Source: Sluysia triapertura
Taxonomy: Eukaryota
Assembly (NCBI GenBank): GCA_046118255.1
Contig: JBJNIA010000004.1
Coordinates: 1 to 64,000, forward strand
Direction of reading: 5' to 3'
Length of the DNA: 64,000 nucleotides
The first letter of the stretch is position 1, and each line of letters begins with the position of its first letter. Position numbers and translations under genes: made by a program. The notes beneath the pieces are model-generated. The model searched no databases and was not told the origin of the DNA. It saw only the letters and a program-made list of their open reading frames with translations. Shown one piece after another: positions 54,415 through 64,000 of the stretch.

Positions 54415-54519
54415 TTGATTTACAACGAATTATTTGGGTTACTTCGCCATTTATACGACCTGGGAAATCGAGCCATCGATAAAGAAAGATCTTTGAAGAA
54501 GTTGAACCAGCATCAATAA
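54415..54519 (-). CDS. ENTPD: NTPDase exon 2 (ACR1), 5' end in a gap
   Basis: IDAGSTSSKIFLYRW. Confidence 0.92.
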
Positions 54520-54706
54520 NNNNNNNNNNNNNNNNNNNNNNNNNNNNNNNNNNNNNNNNNNNNNNNNNNNNNNNNNNNNNNNNNNNNNNNNNNNNNNNNN
54601 NNNNNNNNNNNNNNNNNNNNNNNNNNNNNNNNNNNNNNNNNNNNNNNNNNNNNNNNNNNNNNNNNNNNNNNNNNNNNNNNNNNNNNNNNNNNNNNNNNNN
54701 NNNNNN

Positions 54707-55490
54707 ATAATGATAATAATAGTAATGATAATANNNNNNNNNNNNNNNNNNNNNNNNNNNNNNNNNNNNNNNNNNNNNNNNNNNNNNNNNNNNNNNNNNN
54801 NNNNNNNNNNNNNNNNNNNNNNNNNNNNNNNNNNNNNNNNNNNNNNNNNNNNNNNNNNNNNNNNNNNNNNNNNNNNNNNNNNNNNNNNNNNNNNNNNNNN
54901 NNNNNNNNNNNNNNNNNNNNTAAAAATGNNNNNNNNNNNNNNNNNNNNNNNNNNNNNNNNNNNNNNNNNNNNNNNNNNNNNNNNNNNNNNNNNNNNNNNN
55001 NNNNNNNNNNNNNNNNNNNNNNNNNNNNNNNNNNNNNNNNNNNNNNNNNNNNNNNNNNTAATAGTAATGATAATAACAATAATGATGATAATAATNNNNN
55101 NNNNNNNNNNNNNNNNNNNNNNNNNNNNNNNNNNNNNNNNNNNNNNNNNNNNNNNNNNNNNNNNNNNNNNNNNNNNNNNNNNNNNNNNNNNNNNNNNNNN
55201 NNNNNNNNNNNNNNNNNNNNNNNNNNNNNNNNNNNNNNNNNNNNNNNNNNNNNNNNNNNNNNNNNNNNNNNNNNNNNNNNNNNNNNNNNNNNNNNNNNNN
55301 NNNNNNNNNNNNNAATAACAGTAATGATAGTAACATAATAATGATAATAATAATGATTATAATAATAATGAAAATAATATTGATAATAAAAGTAATAATA
55401 ATGATAATAACAGTAATAATAATAATGATAATAATAATGATAATAAAAGTAATAATAATGATAATAATAATGATAATAATGATTATAATA
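54707..55490. repeat. Imperfect (AAT/GAT)n tract with gaps, NTPDase intron 1
   Basis: Direct reading. Confidence 0.85.
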
Positions 55491-55576
55491 AAGTTTTATA
55501 TTATTTATCAATAATTTTATTAATAACTGCAAATTAATGAATTATTATAAATTAAAAATGAAAAATATAAACTAAC

Positions 55577-55723
55577 AGAATAAATCAATTCGGTTGCTAA
55601 ACTCCAAAAGAAACAAATAAGTATTAAACCAATTAAAGCAATAAAAAAGCATATAATAACAGCTGCAATTTTTACACGGTTTTTTGATGCACGTGAAGAA
55701 TGAGAAATATGTTCACGAGACAT
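55577..55723 (-). CDS. ENTPD: NTPDase exon 1 (cytoplasmic N-terminus and TM1)
   Basis: MSREH...KIAAVIICFFIALIGLILICFFW; GTTAGT donor; topology fits CD39-type enzymes. Confidence 0.8.
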
Positions 55724-56356
55724 TTATCTAAGATCTGAATACTAAAATAATAATAAATATTATTATTATTAATTTATTATTATTATTAATGAATTTATAA
55801 CTTTTTTAATTAAATTTATTTTTATAAAACTAAAAATAGTTGTATTATTATCTATTTATTATTATAAATAACAAGTATCTATTAAAAAATTTGAAATAAA
55901 AAAACGTATTAGTTAAAATCCCAAATTCAATTATAAATTTGCAATAAAAATAATATTTATATAAACACAACATAATTTTTAATGTCACAATAAAAGTTTA
56001 TAATTATACATGTCCTGAAAATGTAAACTTTGATGTAAACATGGAAATAATCAAGAAAAATGAAATTATCATTATTTTTTATAAACAAAAATAATTCATT
56101 TTAAAGTGTAAATACATTGATTAATTTGATGACGTAAAGGTATTGAAAACTCAGAAACATCAATAGTCCCTTAAATAAAAAGTTTGTACAATGTGTCCTG
56201 TACTTTTGAAACGAAATTTATTTAACTAAATGAAATATAGTGTAATTAAAATTGGAAACTATAAATAAGTAACAGTTTATTCGTGTTTTATTCATTAAAT
56301 AGTATTGTTGTGATTGTACATACAGCAAAAATAGGGGTACATATACAAGATGTATC

Positions 56357-56436
56357 GACTATAATAGCTCAGTAGTCAGAGCATCGAAATGCACCGATAT
56401 GAAGCTGGAAGTACCGGGATTAATTCCCAATCAATC
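56357..56436 (+). mobile_element. Degenerate tRNA-derived element (SINE head or tRNA pseudogene)
   Basis: Box A TAGCTCAGTAGTCAGAGC; weak box B GGATTAATTCCC; related to 57400. Confidence 0.45.
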
Positions 56437-57399
56437 TAATTTTAGTCTAATATCATCATTTTTTCTTCAAATACTCCATATAATCATTTCAAAGACCTTA
56501 AACCATAATAAATTTGATTTTCGATATCCGATAAAATAACACAACCTTCATTAATGATAATATAATTCGAGATGCATCAAAAATATTTCATTGGATGACA
56601 AGTTCGACGTTATAAAAAAAACGTTATTATACGCCAAATGAATGAATACGCACTGTTTCATCAAAAATGTTGACCAATTTCCATATCTGAACAAATCGAA
56701 AATTCATTCAATATCTGTTGTCATAAATCTCCGAATTGTAATATTTATTCAACTGTTTCAGACAATTTATTTGCCACTTTTTGTGATATATATTTTATAA
56801 ATTTTGTTTACATATCAACTTAAAACAAACTTCATATCTTTACTGATAATTCACATCAAAAAAAAGAATATTAAAAATAAATTTGTACTTTTATTTCAAA
56901 TGAAATTTTTTAAACGTTTCTGACTGGTCGATTCAAAATCGTTAGTGTGCACACGTTGTGTAATAAATCATGAAAAATGTCAAACAGGTAAGTCATCAAA
57001 ATAAAAACAACAAGACCATAATAATATTTGTCTACTGGTTTGCATTGTTAATTAACTGGGCTCATCATTTGGTTTGCATTTTCAAATAGATAAATTTGAC
57101 TATTTAATGTGCAATTGGACCATGTTGAAAATAAAATTATTAAGCATTAAATATGGATTTCGATGATACAGTTCAATCGAAGTAGAATGACATTGTATTA
57201 CTATTCAATGACTTGTGTCAAGGTCAAATGTAGCTATCCAATAGGATTTATCTAAGAAAAACGATAATATAGATACGGGAAACTTTGAGAAACTTTTGTT
57301 TCATAATAATTATGATAATAATAAAGTAATAATAATGATGAAAATAATAATAATAATGTTGAGATATATGGTTGACTATAATAATCTAGAAATTGTTAG

Positions 57400-57471
57400 G
57401 GATGATATCTCAGTGGGTAGAACATCGAACTGCGCAGCGAGAGGTCCTGGGTTCGATTCCCGGTTAGTCCA
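57400..57471 (+). pseudogene. tRNA-like sequence (pseudogene or SINE head)
   Basis: Box A ATCTCAGTGGGTAGA; T-arm CTGGGTTCGATTCCCGG; partial acceptor stem GGA.../...TCCA; anticodon stem does not pair well. Confidence 0.65.
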
Positions 57472-58074
57472 TTTTACGAAGTCTAATGGTAAATATAATG
57501 ATAATAATGTTGGGATTGGTGAAGAATAAAGGTAGATGTAAGGGTCAAGAATAAGTTCAACATTATTAAAGAACTAAGATGAGACATTATGATGAACTGC
57601 AATGGTAGGATAAGCATACAAAATATTTAAATCGAAGTAAATTAATAAGAAATAGGAAAAAATAACCTTTTAAAAGGTTATTAAAGTACATTTGTTAATT
57701 AATTTAAATAAAATTTGTATAATTTTATAACTCAATAAAAATGTTTGCTCATGGTAAAATGATATTGGATTTAGTGTATAACATTGAGTTTTATTAGTAT
57801 TTTTAATGATGAAGCATTGCGAAGCACGTAAAAATTAGTTATTTTAATTAATTTTTATAAATTAAAGTTAAATATGTTCTGATGACTAAGTATTAATAAA
57901 GTATTGATGTTTAGAGAGTTCAATTCAAATATGTTATTGAACTTGACGTGCAATAAATTTATGCTCCTGTGATAAATAGATTTATTATTTCATTAATTTT
58001 ATCGTTAAATTAAGTTGACAAATTACGTTATTTTTATAATAGCAATGTAGCAATGATTTTAAATTTTAATTAGA

Positions 58075-58690
58075 TGATATTAAGAAGATAAGGGATTGTT
58101 TGCCATATATCCAAGTATCTTTAGATAATTGAAATGATAATAAAGTTGAACAAAGATGGAAATTGACGTCGACATTTATCGGCGAAATTAGTCGGCTTAT
58201 TGCCAAATAAAAGAAAATTGACAGCTTTAATTTCTGTCTTGTTCAATTTCTGATTTTTAATTTCACTAATATATACAGTTACATTTATGCAATAAGACGG
58301 AGTAAAGAAAAATCGAATTAACTTTTCAACTGCAGGGAAGATGCTTTAGTTCATCTGAGGATAACGGTGACACTAAAGTTATTTCTTTAGTAATTGACTA
58401 AAATAAACTATTTTCTTTTTAGAACAAGGGTTAGTAATATATTTCTTAGAGTTTATATTTTGCGTTAATACGGGTGCAAAAATTTAAATAAGTTGTGTCA
58501 CTCTTGGTTAATATTTGTCATTAAATAGTGATTTATATTGTTATAAAGTATAATTTGTATTTTCATTGTTATAAAGAGTTATTTATATATTTTGATTGTA
58601 ATCTTGAGATAATCTAGAGAATATATCGAGATTTTGAATTATTTAGTTATTGAATTTTAATTTAATAATTTGGAAAATAAAAGTATTGTG
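58075..58690 (+). repeat. Unclassified dispersed repeat, about 0.62 kb, copy 2
   Basis: Direct-orientation homologue of 50280-50925. Confidence 0.85.
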
Positions 58691-59249
58691 GGAAATGTAA
58701 ATGTAAAAAAGAATAAAAACTTAAAACTTAAGTGAGTTCACCAACGTACTGGGCTTACCAGCTATGGATTTTCTTGATAAGTTAAAAGTAAGTCTCAAAG
58801 AATATAATATATGCTAAATGACTCTAATAATGCTTGATCTTTCTGGAGGCCATTAAAATTCAAAAATAATTTAATAATAATTAAATTTATAAATAGATTT
58901 TACATTGATTCCTTTATACGGAATCTTTNNNNNNNNNNNNNNNNNNNNNNNNNNNNNNNNNNNNNNNNNNNNNNNNNNNNNNNNNNNNNNNNNNNNNNNN
59001 NNNNNNNNNNNNNNNNNNNNNNNNNNNNGAATTGTTTGGAATGAATGTAGTGGTTTATTGAGTTGTGAGTGTTTGAGATATAGATTATTTCGTTGGTGAA
59101 TGTGAATTGGGAAAGTGTTATGATTGTGTATGTTGTTTTATGTGATGAATTGTGTGGTGAGTGTAGTTGCAGAGTATGATTGTGATGAATTTTGTTTTAA
59201 CAAGATTATTTTTAAATCTTAATTTATGGAGTTGGCCACTACAATAATA

Positions 59250-60258
59250 AGTATGCGACGAAACAGGGTTGTTCTTTAAGACATTCATTTAGGCAAAGAA
59301 TAAAAGGCTTGTGGAAAATTCTCTTCAGAAAGAGTAACATTTATTTTTTGCTCAAATGAAACAGGTGAAAAGGAGGCCCCATTAATACTAAGGAAATATA
59401 AATCTCCCAGAGGATTTAAAAAACTCGACTTTTCTAAGGTATGCTTAAAATACGAAAATACAAAAATTCTTGGATGACCTGTGAAAATGAAAAAGGAAAA
59501 TCGCACAATCTTGCTATTGCTAGGTAATGCTCCAGTGTACAATCTGATGAGGTATTCAGTAATATCGAGCTTTACTGTTTACCCGCAAACTGTACTTCCA
59601 AAATCCAGCCTCTAGATCAAGGAACTATCAAAACATTCAAAGCTCATTATACAAAAGCTTTTACGAGAAATTTGACTACATAGATTGAAGATGACACCAT
59701 TTCATATGAGGAAGCAGTTAAAAGAACTCTCTTAGTTGATGTCCTTCAGCTCATAATAAATGCTTGGGACTCAATTAGCAAAGAGACTACAGCCAACTCT
59801 TTTAGACATGGATTTGCTAATTGGAGAGGATATAATGCAGATATAATTCCAGTAAATGAAGTTAGTAATACATCTCTACTGGATACCAACATGGATGTTT
59901 CTGAAATATTCGAATACAATGACTTCCCAATATGTGCAGATTTTAATATTGATGATACGGCTTTCCTCGCACATGTTGAACCTTTAAATAAACTTGTTGA
60001 ACATGAGGAAACATTGGAACAAGATGGGTCAGAGATCGGATGAGCAGATGCAGTACATTATTTAAAACAATTGGAAAGATACTTTCTAGCGCATAATGAC
60101 TTGGTGATCTCAGAAATCAGTTACTAGACAGCAAAAATGGATATTCAAAAATAACAGATTTTTAAAAAAATGAATAAATGTTGATATCTTCATTATCTTT
60201 TTTAATGAACAACCAGTGTTTGGGTTACCGTGGCTCTCATTATCTCAAAAGGTTACTG
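59250..60258 (+). mobile_element. pogo/Tigger transposase pseudogene with right end
   Basis: DETGLF; ERVTFIFCSNETGEK; SWMT; ILLLLGNAP; LPANCTSKIQPLDQGTIKTFKAHY; ends GGTTACTG|TA. Confidence 0.9.
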
Positions 60259-61499
60259 TACATATAATAATGTATATTATATAGAATCGTTATTTTTGTT
60301 TTCGCAGTTTACATTGTTATGTGGAAATGACACGGATTGTCTAATTTTCAAATTTATTGAATGATATGTAAATAAAAATTAATTTAATTTATTTAATTTC
60401 AATTCTTTTCTACATAATTTATTTAATTGATCGAAAAACCATATATAATTATNNNNNNNNNNNNNNNNNNNNNNNNNNNNNNNNNNNNNNNNNNNNNNNN
60501 NNNNNNNNNNNNNNNNNNNNNNNNNNNNNNNNNNNNNNNNNNNNNNNNNNNNNNNNNNNNNNNNNNNNNNNNNNNNNNNNNNNNNNNNNNNNNNNNNNNN
60601 NNNNNNNNNNNNNNNNNNNNNNNNNNNNNNNNNNNNNNNNNNNNNNNNNNNNNNNNNNNNNNNNNNNNNNNNNNNNNNNNNNNNNNNNNNNNNNNNNNNN
60701 NNNNNNNNNNNNNNNNNNNNNNNNNNNNNNNNNNNNNNNNNNNNNNNNNNNNNNNNNNNNNNNNNNNNNNNNNNNNNNNNNNNNNNNNNNNNNNNNNNNN
60801 NNNNNNNNNNNNNNNNNNNNNNNNNNNNNNNNNNNNNNNNNNNNNNNNNNNNNNNNNNNNNNNNNNNNNNNNNNNNNNNNNNNNNNNNNNNNNNNNNNNN
60901 NNNNNNNNNNNNNNNNNNNNNNNNNNNNNNNNNNNNNNNNNNNNNNNNNNNNNNNNNNNNNNNNNNNNNNNNNNNNNNNNNNNNNNNNNNNNNNNNNNNN
61001 NNNNNNNNNNNNNNNNNNNNNNNNNNNNNNNNNNNNNNNNNNNNNNNNNNNNNNNNNNNNNNNNNNNNNNNNNNNNNNNNNNNNNNNNTTTGAATTTCTA
61101 AAATCAAAGAGAAATTCATAATGGAAGAATTGTTACATCTTCAGTTTAACAATTTTCTTTTGTTGGAAAACACGTATTAAAACAATAGTTGCTTAGCAAT
61201 TAATTTTACTTCTTATTAGCTTCTTTAAGCAGTGTGAACAATGTTTCTTTTGTTTTGAAAAGATTATTTCGATTTTAAAAATGTGCAAATTCAACAATCA
61301 AGATAGTAATTTATAAATTTAATTTTTATAATTCTGACAATGACTCATTATTTAATTAACAACACAGAAATGGAACACGAGATATAGAATCATAGTTCTA
61401 ATACATGACCTATATCTCGTGAACCAACACGAACGATGGACACAAAATGGAATTTGGAAAGATCAATCAGCAAATAGCAACAGAACGGAACTTTATGAA

Positions 61500-61830
61500 T
61501 CATCTTTAAAGTTATTATTCGGAAATAAAGCCAATTTTAAAAATTCAAAGTTGCTGACAATTTGATTGCAGGTTTACTAGGAAAAGAAGTAGTGTGTTTA
61601 GTAGACCAAGTTACGTAGGACAAACTGTTTTAGATCTAAGTAAATTAAGAATGTATCAGTTACAATATGAAGAATTAGAAAAATATCGTCAGCCATTTAA
61701 TTGTAAGATTGAAACTATGGCTGGTGATACTGATAGTTTCTTTTTAAAATGCACTAATGTTAATTTAGATACTTTATTGAATGGAATGATTAAATATGAA
61801 TTATTGGATATGTCAAATAACGATACAACA
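61500..61830 (+). mobile_element. Polinton/Maverick protein-primed DNA polymerase B fragment, copy 1
   Basis: RPSYVGQTVLDLSKLRMY...AGDTDSFF...LLDMSN. Confidence 0.85.
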
Positions 61831-62069
61831 GTCCAATATACATTCGAAGTTGACTCATGTACATGATAAGTTAGATGAATTATCTTTAGCTCATGAATCT
61901 AAATGTGCACCAAATTCCAAAATTAAAAAATTATTAAATTTAATTACATTGGCATATCCTACAAATGAGCATAAGTTAGGAGCTGTTAAATTTCATCAAA
62001 TTTGTATTTTTAAAAAATATATATTTATTATAATTCAAATAATTATAGTCAAGCAACAACAAAATTTTA

Positions 62070-62440
62070 ACAAGTTTATGGCAGGACTGTAGAGAATGTA
62101 TAACAACATACTGATGTAAGATTTTGTACACAAATAAAGACAATTTTAAAAATTCATTTAAAGATGCTGACAATTTGATTGCAGTTTTACGAGGAAAAGA
62201 AGTATTGTGCTTAGATAGACCAAGTTATGCAGGACAAACTGTTTCAGATTTAATTAAATTAAGAATATATCAAGTACAATATGAAAAATTAGAAAAATAT
62301 CGTCAGAAAATTAATTGTAAGATTGAAATTATGACTGGTGATACTGATAGTTTCTTTTTAAAATGCACTAATGTTAATTTAGATAGTTTATTGAATGGAA
62401 TGATTAAATATGAATTATTGGATATGTCAAGATGTGATAG
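62070..62440 (+). mobile_element. Polinton/Maverick pPolB fragment, copy 2
   Basis: VYGRTVENV (motif B), RPSYAGQTVSDL, TGDTDSFF (motif C). Confidence 0.85.
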
Positions 62441-62549
62441 ATACAATATTATATCGTTTGCAGGCACTTAAGATTTGTGATTATATATTAAGAATATGCA
62501 AGCACGTATATTATTATTATTGTTATTATTTCATGATTCTTTGTTATTC

Positions 62550-63077
62550 GATTCCCCAAATATTGCCTATGTGTGTGTTAGATAGACAGCATTACAACCA
62601 TGTTGAAGAAAGATGGAAAGTAAACTTCAGAACCGACGTGTATCGATTAACTCGACAATCTTGTATCCACATCTGAAGCAACTGGAAGTGCGTCAAATGC
62701 TCCTAAATGCTCCGAAAACAGGTATATAGTGGCAGCTGCATTTGTTCATTCTATACACCAGGAACATTTCTCGAACCGTATCTTGCACGACATCGGTCTA
62801 AATGATGACCCGGATAAACTATTAGAATTTTCTGTGGTGATTTCTAAAAAGCCTTGGACAATTGATCAACTAAAACAAAGTATTCAGCACGAATGAAACC
62901 ACATTTCAGAGGAAACTTGCGACAGAAAGTATGTCGCAGTGCTGTCAAAAGATGTGTTTGTATTGACGTTAAAAGTGGACATTTTGAACATTTGTAAATA
63001 AACCTATTAAATTTGTCTTTTTTGATATCTAATTTTTATTTAAGTTTGCGGTTCGGTTACTTTTGGGACATTCTATA
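62550..63077 (+). mobile_element. rosa/DD41D-like Tc1-mariner remnant
   Basis: ATGSA; KPWTIDQLKQSI...CIDVKSGHFEHL*; end TTTTGGGACATTCTATA resembles an inverted CAGGGTGTCCCAAAA TIR. Confidence 0.6.
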
Positions 63078-63896
63078 TCATACTTAAAATGCAATATTTG
63101 TATTTTAATACATTAAAACACTACTCATAACTAATTCTGTATTTAAACATATAAACTCGATCATATGAATTAAAACAAAATATTTTCTTTATTTTATTAA
63201 ATTAATTATTTTTATTAAAACATTAACTTGTCAATTATTTTTAATTCAATAATAAGTGTGTGTACGTGTGTGTGTTTGTACGTTTATTTCAAAATGTCAG
63301 CAAAGTTTAAAAAGATATTTAATTGGCTAGTTTTTGTAGACTAATCAGATTTGGATATAATTTATTATTTCATTAATTAAACAGTATGTACATAGAAATG
63401 GAGTGGATCTGTTCCAGACTTCCTGATTCAGGTATGGTAATTATTACTTTATTAAATTAATATTAAAATTGTAATTACTTTATGAATGTTTTATTTAAAT
63501 ATTTTATAATATGTTTTATAAAATCTACGATATTATATTTCAATATCTCTGATATTAATTATGATCATGGCCAACTTAAAAAGTTTCACTTATTCCGTTA
63601 TATTAAACAAAATGTCAATTGAAACTTAATTAAAATAGGATCGTTTGAATAAAGTTAGTAATAATCCAATATCCAACATGGGTGTGGTTATACTATAATT
63701 AACAACTTTTTATTTCGTATTCGATGATGCATATTAAAATGAATTACAGTTGCCAACGTATTCAGAAAATTATTAAATTTATCAATTTAATTTTGGATAT
63801 TAAAAAAATTAATGAATAACTTCAAAAAATTTGGTAAGACTTCATTTTGTAATTTATAATTTAACAACGAAATAAAAACATTAAAGGTGTATCTAT

Positions 63897-64000
63897 AGTT
63901 GCGGCCAAATTATTAGACTAATGGCCATTTTTCAAGGATACTATGAAACTATTAATCAAAAGTGTATAAAAGCACTGTCACGGAAATGTAAAATGTTGGA
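63897..64000 (-). mobile_element. Terminus of a third copy of the Tc1 family, cut by the window edge
   Basis: GGCCAAATTATTAGACTAA...GTCACGGAAATGTAAAATGTTGGA matches 32200-32330. Confidence 0.8.

Noticed and set aside
49991-61119. Long ORFs containing X runs
   Set aside because: Artefacts of N gaps, except the real NTPDase ACR1 piece at 54415-54519

Overview
Very AT-rich, intron-containing animal genomic DNA from a draft assembly with many N gaps. A free-living flatworm is my guess from the NTPDase wording, (AAT)n repeats and divergent 28S; this is inference only. Host genes: a novel-class protein kinase C (epsilon-like) on + (exons 1.3-8.2 kb, C-terminal exons not found); on the - strand, a putative type II membrane protein (15-17.3 kb), a signal-peptide + Ig-domain gene (33.9-34.3 kb), a tandem F-type-lectin/discoidin-domain gene (45.6-48.6 kb) and a CD39/GDA1 NTPDase (53.1-55.7 kb). 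The rest is mostly decayed transposons: piggyBac, Tc1/Tc3, mariner, DD39D, pogo, rosa-like, hAT MITEs, Polinton pPolB fragments, tRNA-derived heads and an unclassified repeat. The most notable region is 34.9-40.0 kb. It has an orphan, compensatorily diverged 28S rRNA fragment with an altered R2/I-PpoI target. Across a gap lies a decayed retroelement: Gag-type zinc knuckle, then unknown coiled-coil/AT-hook ORFs, then a full-length chuvirus-like (class III) glycoprotein, with no recognisable pol. All family calls come from motifs recognised by eye; no database searches were run.
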